Shown one piece after another: positions 10,288-21,092 of a stretch of 64,000 bases of DNA. Positions within the stretch are counted from its first letter, which is position 1. Each line of letters opens with the position of its first letter. The notes under the pieces are model-generated. The model had not been told where the DNA came from, searched no databases, and was given only the letters and a program-made list of their open reading frames with translations. The stretch is from a virus. Taxonomy: Duplodnaviria; Caudoviricetes. The position numbers and the translations under genes are program-made. The DNA is taken from positions 8,333 through 72,332 of IMG/VR virus record IMGVR_UViG_3300050343_000266. One strand, given 5' to 3'.

Positions 10288-10483
10288 ACCAGAAGATTTT
10301 CATTTATCAATGGAAAAGGAACTCAAGAAGCGAGTAATCTTTGATGATATTAATTCTTGCGATAATGTTGAGACTCTGCAAAATAGTCTTCGTCAAGTTA
10401 CTGATCAATTGATGAAGTACCAACAGCTACTAGATGCCACACTGCGACAGCTGTTAGACATTGAACTAACAAAGTTAGAATAG
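10280..10483 (+). CDS. small helical protein, possible NblA-like
   Basis: LSMEKELKKR.I..DI...DNVETLQNSLRQV..QLMKYQ resembles the NblA two-helix pattern. Confidence 0.4.
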   Translation: MFKPEDFHLSMEKELKKRVIFDDINSCDNVETLQNSLRQVTDQLMKYQQLLDATLRQLLDIELTKLE

Positions 10484-10507
10484 ATAGAGAACGCTACCGG
10501 ATGACAG

Positions 10508-11050
10508 ATGCCTAATGTTGGAGACTCTAAAGCAAGATTTGGTCGTCAGTATATCTATTTAAATCCGGCCCCTAATGGTACAGGAACAATAGGTGAGTGG
10601 CGTTTGCGTATTGATGATAATGGACAACCACCTATTACACCAGGTGGTAGTACTGATTTGGGCTATCAAGCAGTTGTTGCAACTGGTCAGCCTACTATTG
10701 TTGCAGGCAACCTTGTTTACCTAGATTCAGCAGGAGAAGCAAAACTTGCAGATGCCTCAACTATTGCTGAATCTGTAGTTGTTGGTATGGCAACTACACA
10801 GGCAAGTGCTGGTGCTGTGGTTGAATTTACAAGGAATGAAATCAAGACAATCTTTAATGTATCAGCAGTAGTTGAAGGTGCACCTGCTGCATTGGTACCA
10901 GGAGCTGTGTATTACTTAAGTACTGTTGCTGGAAAATGGACTACAACTCCAAATGCAACTACGGCTGGTTCAGTGATTAGATCCTGTGGCACAGCAGTAG
11001 ATACAGACAAAATGTCCATTGAAATTCAAATTGTTACTTCTGCAATCTAA
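10508..11050 (+). CDS. virion structural protein (cement/tail-like beta domain)
   Basis: GNLVYL..AG.AKLADA...VVGMA...LVPGAVYYLS..AG pattern. Confidence 0.55.
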   Translation: MPNVGDSKARFGRQYIYLNPAPNGTGTIGEWRLRIDDNGQPPITPGGSTDLGYQAVVATGQPTIVAGNLVYLDSAGEAKLADASTIAESVVVGMATTQASAGAVVEFTRNEIKTIFNVSAVVEGAPAALVPGAVYYLSTVAGKWTTTPNATTAGSVIRSCGTAVDTDKMSIEIQIVTSAI

Positions 11051-11499
11051 TGGCAAATCGTAAAATCACAGTCCTTAATCCAACAGGGTATCAAGAGCTA
11101 TTTCAATCAGGTGACGTCCTGGTTTTAGATGGAAGTGTAGATCTTCAATCAAATGGCATTACAGGCATTCCTGATCCAACAGCAAATTTAGATTGCTCTA
11201 ACAAAAAGTACGTAGATGACACTAAAGCCTTGCTTGACAGTGACATTGCAACAATAAACACTAATATTACAAACCTAACGAACAGTATTGGTAACGGTAC
11301 TGTTAGCTTTAGTGCCTCACAGAACTTGACTGTTTCTGGGAGTCTTACTACAAACCAAGCTGGTAATTCCACAATTACATTGACAGGTCCTGATCTAACA
11401 AACTTATTGCCAAAACCATCTGCTGATGGTGTGTATGTCGTCAATAAAACAGGAGTCAATGTCACCTACGTAGAAGTGATTGACGGCGGTTCATATTGA
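11050..11499 (+). CDS. tail-associated protein
   Basis: ITGIPDPT..DCSNKKYVD neck motif, ends IDGGSY. Confidence 0.6.
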   Translation: MANRKITVLNPTGYQELFQSGDVLVLDGSVDLQSNGITGIPDPTANLDCSNKKYVDDTKALLDSDIATINTNITNLTNSIGNGTVSFSASQNLTVSGSLTTNQAGNSTITLTGPDLTNLLPKPSADGVYVVNKTGVNVTYVEVIDGGSY

Positions 11500-11549
11500 T
11501 AGAATGAATACAACAGTTATTACTGTTGTTATATTGCTTATTAGTCAAA

Positions 11550-14402
11550 ATGAAGCTACAATTAAAGCGCAGTAATGTTCTAGTTAGTGGTGGTGCAAAA
11601 GAACCAACAGCAGCGCAACTAGATTACGGCGAATTAGCAATTAATTACAGTGCTGGAGATGCTGCTATCTTCCTGAAGGATAGTACAAATAATGTTATTC
11701 GAATCGCTGGCGTACATAATATTGCCGATGATGGTCTAACAAACGTTCCTACTACCACAAGTCCTCCAACATCTCCGACACCAGAAGCTGGAAACCTTTG
11801 GTATAACTCTGAAGATGGCCGTTTATATATTTACTACGTAGATGACAATAGCTCACAGTGGGTTGATGCAAGTCCAGATACTTGGCAAACAACAGTAATT
11901 CCAGATACAACTAATCCTGCTCATCAGGCAGGGACGTTAGACGATCGCTACGTCAATATCAATGGCGACACCCTTACAGGTGCTCTGCTGCTGGATGGCG
12001 CTGCAACTTCTACAGCACCAGACCTTGCTTTTGATGGTGATACAAATACAGGCATTTACTCCCCTGGTGCTGATAAATTATCAATCGCTACTGCTGGAGT
12101 ACAGCGCGTCACAGTTGATGGCTCGGGCAATGTTGGAATTGGGACATCGGGGCCATCAAAATCCTTAGAGATTTTTAAAGACAGTTTCCCATGTTTGATG
12201 TTAAATGACGGTGGTCAATATAAATCTTATATGCAGCTAGGGGGTAACGATCTAGAGATTCGTGGTAGTTCTGGCTCAATGGAGTTTTATACAGGTTCAG
12301 ATGATGGTTTGTCATCAACCGAGCGGATGCGACTCACAAATCTTGGCTTAGGTGTAGGTACTGGCACTATTACTGTTGGTAGACCAGTACATGCACATAC
12401 AAGTGGTGGTGGATCAGCATATTTTCAATCAACAAATGACACTACCGGCCAAGGATCTGCTAACGGTGCACTGTTTGGAGTAAGTGGTGATGTTACATAT
12501 GCACCTTGGAGTTATGCTAATGGGCCGATAGTTTTTGCAGCAAATGGCTCCGAGAGTATGCGAATCGATAGCTCGGGCAGGGTTGGGATTGGCACTTCGT
12601 CGCCTAGCTCTGCTCTTGACGTTTCTGGTGCTATTTCACTTAGTGCTGTAGCCCTACCTTCTGCAGGAACAGCAAGGATTTATTCAAGAAACACTGATAA
12701 CGCTCTTTATCTGCAGACTGCATCTGGTAACAGAATTAGCTTGTTAGATGGTTCTCAAAATACTATGGCAAGTTTTGAACCAACTGTCGAAAAATTTTTT
12801 ATAAGCAACATCGAGCGGATGCGAATCGACAGCTCGGGACTAATAAATGTTACGGGCGGTATTCAAGTAACTGAAAATGTAACGCCTTCAGCTGGTAGTG
12901 GCATTGAAATATTTAAGCCAACCAGTACCTCTGGTCAAATACAAGCATTCAACAGAAGCGGAAATGCTTGGATGGATTTAATCCTTAAAGGTAATACACA
13001 GCAGTTCCATGCAAATGGAAGCGAGCGGATGCGAATCGACGGCTCGGGAAATGTTGCTATTGGCGCAACAAGCTCTACATCAAAGCTCCGTGTTATTGGC
13101 AACGAAATTCGGTTTAGCAATAGTGCCAATGCTTCGTACTACGGAACAATTACACACGATGCAGCCACTACAGGCGCGAACATTTATAACAACGTTGATG
13201 CCACAACTGCATCCCATATTTGGCAGCACAGCGGCGGCGAAATGATGCGACTCGACAACGACTACAGGTTGTTGCTTGGTACTACGGCTGCAGGATATAC
13301 AAACGCGGCCGACAATTTAACTATTGCCGATAATGGCAATTGCGGAATGACAATTAGAAGTGCAAGTGGTTATGTTAGCTCAATATATTTTGCAGATGGA
13401 ACTTCTGGATCTGCTATGTATGAAGGTTTTATCGATTATCAACATAGCGTTGGAGATTTGAGATTTGGCACTGGTGGTGGACAAGAACGGATGCGTATCA
13501 ACAGCGCGGGCGCGATGGGGCTTGGAGTTGTACCTTCTGCGCTTGGTGGCAATTCATTAGAAATTCACTCTGCAGGTAGTGTCAATTCTTTCTTGGCGCT
13601 AACCAACAGCACTACTGGCTCGAATGGTAGTGTACATGGTTTTAACATAATCATGAGTGATAACGAAGCTAGATTATTTAACCGTGAAAACGGAGATATG
13701 ACTTTTTGGACAAACGGCACCGAGCGAGTGCGAATCGACAGCACGGGTAATTTAATCTTGAAGCACACAGGTAAATACATACTTAGAGAAAATAATCTTA
13801 ATGCGTTCTCAATGTACACAGATGGTGCAAATGGTTCTTTGATATTTAAGGATGAGTACAATGCTGTAGAGAGAATGCGCCATGATCAGTATGGCTTAAA
13901 TATCGGGAAGACTGGCTATGTAGACATGGTTACTGATGGACATCATTTAAATAAAGCTGGATGGGGTCATCACTGCAGTACCAATGACAATGCTTTGTAT
14001 CTAAACAGAAATGGCACCGATGGTAATATTGTTGCAATTTACAAGGCTGGAAGTTATCGTGGCAATATTTACGTCAACAGCTCGGGAACTACTTTTAATT
14101 CCGTTTCTGACTATCGCCTGAAGGAGAATATCATCGATATTACTGATGGTATTACTCGTATTAAGCAATTGTCACCTAGACGCTTTAACTTTATTACAGA
14201 TGCTGATTTAACTGTTGATGGTTTCATTGCACATGAAGCACAAGTAGTTGTCCCGGAAGCTGTATGTGGTGCAAAGGATGGCGAAGAAATGCAAGGTATT
14301 GATCAATCTAAACTTGTCCCTTTGCTTACTGCTGCATTGCAAGAAGCAATCGCAAAGATTGAAACTCTTGAACAGCGACTATCTGTTGCTGGTATCGCCT
14401 AG
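11550..14402 (+). CDS. long tail fibre with C-terminal peptidase S74 intramolecular chaperone
   Basis: N-terminal LKRS..P...L.YGELAIN; repeated ERMRIDSSG.VGIG modules; SDYRLKENI...GFIAHE...LVPLLTAALQE. Confidence 0.88.
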   Translation: MKLQLKRSNVLVSGGAKEPTAAQLDYGELAINYSAGDAAIFLKDSTNNVIRIAGVHNIADDGLTNVPTTTSPPTSPTPEAGNLWYNSEDGRLYIYYVDDNSSQWVDASPDTWQTTVIPDTTNPAHQAGTLDDRYVNINGDTLTGALLLDGAATSTAPDLAFDGDTNTGIYSPGADKLSIATAGVQRVTVDGSGNVGIGTSGPSKSLEIFKDSFPCLMLNDGGQYKSYMQLGGNDLEIRGSSGSMEFYTGSDDGLSSTERMRLTNLGLGVGTGTITVGRPVHAHTSGGGSAYFQSTNDTTGQGSANGALFGVSGDVTYAPWSYANGPIVFAANGSESMRIDSSGRVGIGTSSPSSALDVSGAISLSAVALPSAGTARIYSRNTDNALYLQTASGNRISLLDGSQNTMASFEPTVEKFFISNIERMRIDSSGLINVTGGIQVTENVTPSAGSGIEIFKPTSTSGQIQAFNRSGNAWMDLILKGNTQQFHANGSERMRIDGSGNVAIGATSSTSKLRVIGNEIRFSNSANASYYGTITHDAATTGANIYNNVDATTASHIWQHSGGEMMRLDNDYRLLLGTTAAGYTNAADNLTIADNGNCGMTIRSASGYVSSIYFADGTSGSAMYEGFIDYQHSVGDLRFGTGGGQERMRINSAGAMGLGVVPSALGGNSLEIHSAGSVNSFLALTNSTTGSNGSVHGFNIIMSDNEARLFNRENGDMTFWTNGTERVRIDSTGNLILKHTGKYILRENNLNAFSMYTDGANGSLIFKDEYNAVERMRHDQYGLNIGKTGYVDMVTDGHHLNKAGWGHHCSTNDNALYLNRNGTDGNIVAIYKAGSYRGNIYVNSSGTTFNSVSDYRLKENIIDITDGITRIKQLSPRRFNFITDADLTVDGFIAHEAQVVVPEAVCGAKDGEEMQGIDQSKLVPLLTAALQEAIAKIETLEQRLSVAGIA

Positions 14403-14485
14403 CGGTATCCCGCCCCGTGGCAACGCGGGGTATTAATATCTCATCAACGATAATTGTTAGAATTAATAATATCGACAATAAACAA

Positions 14486-14839
14486 ATGGCCGACACTTAT
14501 AGCTGGAAAGTAACAACATTAGATCGCGAGATTTCCAACGGTACTGTATATACAGTTCACTATACAGTTTCTGCTTCACGGACTAACCCTGCAGAAGGTG
14601 AGAACGATTACACAGCTAGTTCATATGGCACTGTAGGTGTTGCTGCAGATCCTACTTCCAAGAGCTTTATTCCTTATGAAGATCTCACAGAAGACAATTG
14701 TATCGATTGGGTCAAAGCAGATCTTGGTAGTGAATCAGTAGATGCTATTGAAGCTTCTATCTCAAATAATTTAGATAATCAAGTTAATCCTGTTGATGCA
14801 ACTGGTGTACCTTGGGCTACGGAAACTACTACTGATTAA
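14486..14839 (+). CDS. tail-fibre-associated small protein
   Basis: YSWKV..LDR...GTVYTVHY...FIPYEDLTE..CIDWVK...GVPW, a family usually found downstream of S74 fibres. Confidence 0.65.
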   Translation: MADTYSWKVTTLDREISNGTVYTVHYTVSASRTNPAEGENDYTASSYGTVGVAADPTSKSFIPYEDLTEDNCIDWVKADLGSESVDAIEASISNNLDNQVNPVDATGVPWATETTTD

Positions 14840-14892
14840 TCTCACAAAATAATAGTTAATAGCTAGAATAAAACTTGAGTCTAATACTTAAT

Positions 14893-15078
14893 ATGGCCTG
14901 TAAAAAATCAGAGTTGGTAGGAGCTATCAACTCGTTCGCAACTGCACGTGCTAGTGGTGACAATGCATTGCAGCAAATGTCTGCACAATTACTGCAAAAC
15001 ACAATCGAGACACTTGAGTTTGAGCCCGAAGAAGTTGCCGAAGACACTACTGAAGCAGAAGAAGATACTTCTAATTAG
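14893..15078 (+). CDS. small hypothetical protein
   Basis: MACKKSELVGAINSFATARASGD..., TAGAAT box at 14864. Confidence 0.6.
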   Translation: MACKKSELVGAINSFATARASGDNALQQMSAQLLQNTIETLEFEPEEVAEDTTEAEEDTSN

Positions 15079-15115
15079 TAACCGTTAAAATAGGACTATT
15101 ACAAGTCTCTGAATA

Positions 15116-17978
15116 ATGGCTAAGTTAGATTTTCCTGATGCTTCTTACTCTCCTTGGGTTGCTCCAAACAATGTAATCTATACATATATTGGAACATCAC
15201 CAAATGGGTATTGGGAAGCTAACACTGCCAATGCCTCAACAAACTTAACTGCTGTCTTTGTAGAACGCACTGGCAGCACAATGACTGGTACGTTGATATC
15301 TGGTCTCTCTGGTGCTGGTTATGGATATCAACTAAACCATGGGAATACAAACCTAGGAGGATTATATAAAGATACTGGATCTTCAAGATTAATATTAGGT
15401 GATGGTTCTACCACCAAAATTGACCTACAAGGTTCATCAGGTGCTGCATCGTTTTCTGGCGCAATTGGTACATCAGGACAGAACACCGTAAACGAAGCTA
15501 GCACATTAAAATTTAGTCAAGAAAGTGGCAATCTTTCTCAAATCAGAGCTTACGGTTCAAATGCTTCTACGTCTGGAAGTCTTGAGTTTAAAGTTGGTCC
15601 TAGTACCGGAGCACCTTCCACGCCGCTGACTTTGAACTAGCGGAGGAGCTGCCTCATTCGCGGGCGATATCCAAGCCACTAAACCAAGGAGCAGTACAGC
15701 AGGTTCGACTACGGGAGGGCTATCCATCAACCCTTCCGATTCAACCATCTATTACAACTTCAGAGTTGACGAAGTAGATAATGGTTTGCATATAGACACG
15801 ACGGCCGGTGCTAACCGGATCCTGTTTAGTAACGATGGAGACGCCACATTTGAGGGCAATGTTGCAGCTAGCAACCTCAACTGTAGTGGGAGTGTAGACG
15901 TGGGAAACCCTTCTACTAATGCTTACAAGCAAGGATTTTTAGCAGTTCCGACCCCAAGCAGCGGCGGGTCATATTTCCAAGTTTACGGTAAAAACGGAGA
16001 CGTTAATAAAGCTTTCTCTGTTTACAACGGAGACCTTGCCGTCCTAACTGCGAGTATTGACAGCACAGGGGCCGCCTCATTCGCGGGTCCAGCCACTGTA
16101 GTCAATGCATCCACGCCCACCGCTTATACAAGGCTTTACGATGGCCATATGCTTATCAGCAACACTACCGCATTCGGCCAAGCGTTTGGTTTGTATAACA
16201 CCACTACAAGTGCATACGAGATTGCCATGTTTATGGATGGTAGGGCCACATTTGCGGGTGCAGTTGAATCACAAAGTTACTTTAAAGTGACTAATACAGG
16301 TATTGCTTATTTGCAACCCAATACAGTAACTGCTTTTCAGGCATATGAATCATCAGGTCCGGCAACAATTAACCTGAACAATAATGGCTCGTCCTCATTT
16401 GCTGCAGACGCAAGCATCAACGGTCTGACTGTTGGCCATGGTCCGGGTAACGTTTCAAGCAATACAGTAGTCGGAGAAACTGCTCTTGTTTCAAGTTCTG
16501 GTGGATACAATACAGCAGTTGGTCATCAAGCTATGAGGAGCAATACTACTGGTGAAGACCATGTAAGCGTTGGTTGGCTAACTCTTTATCATAATACTAC
16601 CGGTCACTCCAACACAGCAATTGGCCGTACCGCATTGTATTCAAATACTACCGGTACCTCTAATGTCGCAATTGGTCGTGATGCACTTAGATTAAATACC
16701 ACTGGTTCCACTAATACTTCTATCGGACGAGAGTCTTCATATTCCAATACTACTGGTCAATATAATACTGTCTGCGGTTATCAAAGTTTATATAACAACA
16801 GTACTGGTTACAATAATTCGGCATTTGGATACAAAGCCCTTGCTAACAATTCAACTGGTACTCAAAATACAGCGGTTGGCTATGAGGCCATGAGATATAC
16901 CTCTACAGGCGGCAATAATGTAGCCATTGGCTTACACGCTATGTACGGAAATAGCACAGGGTACGAAAATGTTGCCGCAGGTGTTAATGCACTTATTAGC
17001 AATAGTACAGGGGCATGGAATACTGCATTGGGCTATAAAACTCTTGAAGCTAATACAACAGCAAATCATAATACTGCTGTTGGAAGAAATGCTCTTATTA
17101 GCAACACTACTGGTACGATAAATACTGCTGTTGGTTCTGGAGCAATGTTTGGAAATACTGTTGGTAATTACAATACTGGTATTGGCTATTCAGCCTTGAG
17201 TACTAGTAGTACAGGGGATAGAAATGTAGCCATAGGGTATCAGACTTTGTTCGCAAATACTTCTGGAGGATATGCCACAGCTGTGGGTATGTATGCCGGT
17301 TATTACAATACTACTGGCATGGGCAATGACGCTTACGGCTACAATGCTCTACATCACAACACTACTGGTCATTACAATACAGCACTCGGCTATCAAAGCC
17401 TGCATACAAATACTACTGGCCATCGCAACTCTGCTTTTGGACTAAATGCTCTTTATTATAATACAACTGGCACATATAATGTTGGGTTAGGACGTGAAGC
17501 TTTAAATGCTTGTACTACTGGTTCTGCAAATATTGGCATAGGTGGTACTAACAGTACTGGAACTTTTACTCCGCCATTTAACGTCGTAACAGAGAGTAAC
17601 CGATTAGTCTTAGGTCATACATCAATCACAAATGCCTATGTAAAAGTAGCTTGGACTGTTACATCTGACGAGCGCGATAAGATGAACTTTGCTCCAGTGC
17701 CTTATGGTCTGGACTTTGTTAATCAACTTAAGCCGACTGCATATCAATTTAAGGTAGATCGTGACACTGAAACACCTGATGGCGATGTACGTTATGGATT
17801 TAAAGCGCAAGATATCCTTGCATTAGAAGGCAACAACCCAGTCATTATTGACATTGAAGATCCAGATCATCTAAAATATAAAGGTGAACATCTCGTTCCT
17901 GTTTTAGTCAATGCAGTGCAAGAACTGACTACAATGGTTAAAGAACTTCAAGCAGAAATCAAAACACTTAAAGGTTAA
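15116..17978 (+). CDS. tail fibre/spike with beta-helix repeats and S74 chaperone; +1 frameshift at ~15635
   Basis: Removing one A in TTGAACTAGC joins ORF 15116 to the frame of ORF 15786 (LTLTSGGAASFAGD); many NTA(V/I)G..AL..NTTG repeats; TSDERDK...GFKAQD...LVPVLVNAVQEL. Confidence 0.8.
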
Positions 17979-17980
17979 TT

Positions 17981-18208
17981 ATGGAAATTCTTACTCTTAC
18001 TCCCGAACAGATCTCACAGAACTATTCTGCTGCTCTTGATAGTGTCACACTAATCAATGAGCTAATGGCTCTAGATTCCCGCGATGACGCTCAGACAGAT
18101 ACAGTTGCTCGTAATGTTGAGCACCTTGAGTTGATGGTTGCTAAAGACTACTGGACCACAGAGGATTTAAATCCTCTCAATGATGCCATTACAGCTGGTA
18201 AGGGATGA
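17981..18208 (+). CDS. small tail-fibre-associated protein
   Basis: YSAALDSVTLIN...RNVEHLELM..KDYWTTEDL follows the S74 fibre. Confidence 0.6.
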   Translation: MEILTLTPEQISQNYSAALDSVTLINELMALDSRDDAQTDTVARNVEHLELMVAKDYWTTEDLNPLNDAITAGKG

Positions 18209-18214
18209 TCGTTA

Positions 18215-18236
18215 CCCCGCAGTAACGCGGGGTTTC
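18215..18236. terminator. hairpin between convergent genes
   Basis: CCCCGC-AGTAAC-GCGGGG-TTTC. Confidence 0.6.
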
Positions 18237-18238
18237 AC

Positions 18239-18946
18239 TTAAACCATATACTGCTTACAGATTTGATACTTAGCAAGCCTGTCGTTATAACCGTTCCAAC
18301 CACCATTGATACGGAGACAACAGGCATCAAAGCCTTCTGTCAGGCATATATTTAATAGATCATTCTCTTCAATCCAGATGCGTGCTGATGTAAATGGATA
18401 GGTGGTAGACACGTAGTCAACACCTTCCATAACCCTTGGATCGTTAATACCTTCAGCCAGACGGGAGTAGTTGTATTTGCCAGTCAGTTGAAGTACGCCT
18501 GCCCCTTTCCAAATTTCCCCTTCGTTTGGACCATGGCCTAAGTCAGTCCTACCACGTAAGTACATACCGTCTGAAATCTCTTTCATATAAACAAAGTTAC
18601 ATGTCTCATGCATCATGTTTGCCATGAGCATTTGTGCTGCATCAATATGTTCCGCAAATCCTGTATCAGCATACAATCGATTGCAATCATCGATAAAGAC
18701 TTTATCAAAAGTAGATGACGGATATCCAGTCAACTGCTCCATCATCAGTGGAGTTACCAGCTTTCTGAACTTTTTAATATCATCTGTTTTCCTATATGTC
18801 TTTACCCAATGCGCATTTTCGTTTAACTGATCGCAGTTACATTCCTGTAAGCCCTTGTATAGCTCTTCTACAGCTGCCTCCTGATGAGGTTCCCCTGCGT
18901 AGTACTTGAAAAAATTCTTGAAGGATTCTATTGATAGCGTACTCAT
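18239..18946 (-). CDS. GH19 (chitinase/lysozyme-like) endolysin
   Basis: ANMMHET..F.YMKE, KGAGVLQLTGKYNY, RINGGWNGYNDR. Confidence 0.88.
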   Translation of the reverse strand: MSTLSIESFKNFFKYYAGEPHQEAAVEELYKGLQECNCDQLNENAHWVKTYRKTDDIKKFRKLVTPLMMEQLTGYPSSTFDKVFIDDCNRLYADTGFAEHIDAAQMLMANMMHETCNFVYMKEISDGMYLRGRTDLGHGPNEGEIWKGAGVLQLTGKYNYSRLAEGINDPRVMEGVDYVSTTYPFTSARIWIEENDLLNICLTEGFDACCLRINGGWNGYNDRLAKYQICKQYMV

Positions 18947-19011
18947 AAGAACTTATATTCATCACTGTTAATTCTAACTAGTAAAATATAATTAGTCTCA
19001 TTATTATATGT

Positions 19012-19290
19012 ATGACAATTAAAGAACGTGCAGCATTTTGGGAGGCTATCGAAAGTGGCAATAGTCCTCTGTTATCTGTAATGCATACCCTCGTAGAGAA
19101 ATGGGGATTGCCTGCAATCATTATGTGTCTTGGTGATATCGGAAACGTATTGTCAGAAGACGCAGAAACTGCAGCAGATCTCTCGCCAAACCAGCGCGGT
19201 TTAATTCTTGGTGCGTGTGCACAAGTATGTAATCTGAGTGATCAGATGCATGCAGAAATGGATCACCTTGCGGCTACCGAAAATGGATAA
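19012..19290 (+). CDS. hypothetical protein
   Basis: 92-aa ORF, TAAAAT box at 18982. Confidence 0.6.
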   Translation: MTIKERAAFWEAIESGNSPLLSVMHTLVEKWGLPAIIMCLGDIGNVLSEDAETAADLSPNQRGLILGACAQVCNLSDQMHAEMDHLAATENG

Positions 19291-19411
19291 GCAAGAAAAA
19301 GAGAATTGGAAAAAAATTAAAGAGGCTTTAGAAGAAGCCGATAAAACTGACTGCTACTTCTACAAAAGAGCAGTCGCCATCTGTGATGGTAAATCAGATC
19401 CGTTAAAATAG
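19283..19411 (+). CDS. small conserved cyanophage protein (absent from ORF track)
   Basis: MDKQEKENWKKIKEALEEADKTDCYFYKRAVAICDGKSDPLK. Confidence 0.65.
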   Translation: MDKQEKENWKKIKEALEEADKTDCYFYKRAVAICDGKSDPLK

Positions 19412-19433
19412 TTAATGTATCCGCTTATATAGC

Positions 19434-19733
19434 ATGGCTAATAGAGCTGGAGCAAAGTGCAAAGCATGTGCTCATTCAAAGAGTAAAAAGAAAGGCGCTA
19501 TGAAAGGCATGACCGTCAAAGGCGGACACAAACTTTCAGTCAAGCGTGGTGCCGGTTTAACCGCTAAAGGCCGAGCATCTATTAACAAAAGAACTGGTAG
19601 CAATTTAAAAGCACCCGCACCTAATGGCAAACCTGGTACTAAAGCAGGCGCTAGAAAGAAATCATTCTGTGCTCGCTCACGTGGCTGGACTGGTGAACGA
19701 GGTAAAGCAGCACGCAAACGTTGGAAATGCTAA
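19434..19733 (+). CDS. Lys/Arg-rich basic protein
   Basis: GLTAKGRA..N..TGSNLKAP...RKKSFCAR...ARKRWKC, recurrent in marine phages. Confidence 0.7.
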   Translation: MANRAGAKCKACAHSKSKKKGAMKGMTVKGGHKLSVKRGAGLTAKGRASINKRTGSNLKAPAPNGKPGTKAGARKKSFCARSRGWTGERGKAARKRWKC

Positions 19734-19769
19734 GACTTAAATGCTGGTAAGCCTTCTTGGCAGCACTAC

Positions 19770-20039
19770 ATGACTCAAACAGAACATGCTCAAAACAATG
19801 CTGCTCGTGGCTGGAACGATTTATCCAACATGGATTACACAGTCGTAGAAGGAGCTCGTCAAGGACTAATGGGCGACAGAATATCATCAGCTGAACTGGA
19901 TGAGTTAATTTTATCTGGGCAAATAAGCCCCAAACAAGCATACATCTTAAGTGATGTTCATAACTTCGGTGCGCACGGAGATTCTTTTGATGATCCACGT
20001 TATGAAAGAATTTTACAAGCGATCAAGAGCAGTGGATAA
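19770..20039 (+). CDS. hypothetical protein
   Basis: 89-aa ORF in a run of + genes. Confidence 0.5.
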   Translation: MTQTEHAQNNAARGWNDLSNMDYTVVEGARQGLMGDRISSAELDELILSGQISPKQAYILSDVHNFGAHGDSFDDPRYERILQAIKSSG

Positions 20040-20179
20040 CGATTTCCCTACACGTATGGCAGGTCAAGCGCTACAGCCTTATGTCAACACAGGGGAAGGT
20101 TGCGCAAAAATGCCAGCAAAATATCCTGCTAAACCACGTGGTGGCATGAGTCACGGACCAGAATTATTAGGACAGAGAA

Positions 20180-20551
20180 ATGGCTAAAGGTATTGCAACA
20201 AAAAAAGATCCCAAGAAATGGGCAGCTGCTAAGGCAAAAGCCAAAGCACGTATGGGTGGTAAGCACAGTGCACGGGCAATGCAGCTAGCGACCAAATACT
20301 ATAAATCTGCTGGTGGTAAGTACGAAGGAAAGAAACCTTCAGCTAAAAATAATAAGATGAAAAAGTGGACTAAAGAAGATTGGGGTACACGCTCAGGTAA
20401 AAATAGTACAGAGGGTAGTAAAGCTACGGGAGAACGTTATTTGCCTAAAAAGAAACGAGATGCGATGTCAGCTCAAGCCTATAAAAAAACTAGTGATAAG
20501 AAACGCAGTGATACAGCCAAAGGAAAACAATATAGTCAACAGCCTAAGTAG
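20180..20551 (+). CDS. Lys-rich basic protein
   Basis: HSARAMQLA...YK..GG.Y; KKWTKEDWGTRSGK...TGERYLPK. Confidence 0.7.
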   Translation: MAKGIATKKDPKKWAAAKAKAKARMGGKHSARAMQLATKYYKSAGGKYEGKKPSAKNNKMKKWTKEDWGTRSGKNSTEGSKATGERYLPKKKRDAMSAQAYKKTSDKKRSDTAKGKQYSQQPK

Positions 20552-20580
20552 CTACACTATTAGTAATTACAGTAATAACT

Positions 20581-20760
20581 ATGGACAGACGTAAAAAGGG
20601 CAAGCGCATTACGCTTAATAATAATATCCCTGGACTGCCTGGTAATACACCGTTTATTCCTACGAATGGTGCAGGACCTGGACGACTTGATCCACGGTCA
20701 GCTGGACACGATGGTCAAGCTTACATAGATCGCAATCGATATAACCAAAACAGTCATTAG
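20581..20760 (+). CDS. small hypothetical protein (absent from ORF track)
   Basis: 59-aa ORF MDRRKKGKR...DPRSAGHDG..., TACACT box at 20553. Confidence 0.5.
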   Translation: MDRRKKGKRITLNNNIPGLPGNTPFIPTNGAGPGRLDPRSAGHDGQAYIDRNRYNQNSH

Positions 20761-21056
20761 TGAAAACCTTATATCTATATAGAAGTGGCGATAACACCTG
20801 TGTATCCCATGACAGCTATATACAAATGGGTGCGATGTCCCATTCGGTTGAACATCACATCAAACTAAACCCAACGATCAACTGGATAGAAACCTACTGG
20901 TTGCCTGATGTTTTCATGCATCGTTATAAACGTGCAACATTTCAAGCACACGAACGAGTGTCTGGTGGCAAAGACAGCATCGAAACCCGGCCACGTGACT
21001 TTCCCGACGAAGGTGCATCACGAGGCTTATTGAGTGGCAAGCCTGTGGGAGATTAA
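20760..21056 (+). CDS. hypothetical protein
   Basis: 98-aa ORF whose last 12 codons are duplicated at 22172-22207. Confidence 0.6.
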   Translation: MKTLYLYRSGDNTCVSHDSYIQMGAMSHSVEHHIKLNPTINWIETYWLPDVFMHRYKRATFQAHERVSGGKDSIETRPRDFPDEGASRGLLSGKPVGD

Positions 21057-21092
21057 CATAGGTCGTAGTTTTCGTTAGTTAAAATAGTTATA

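Noticed and set aside
15630-15642. TAG inside the tail fibre as stop-codon readthrough or recoding
   Set aside because: The downstream coding sequence is in the +1 frame, so readthrough would not restore it; TAG ends other genes normally
16460-17540. Diversity-generating retroelement TR/VR in the fibre repeats
   Set aside because: Repeats are degenerate beta-helix protein repeats without adenine-specific variation, and no reverse transcriptase is in the window
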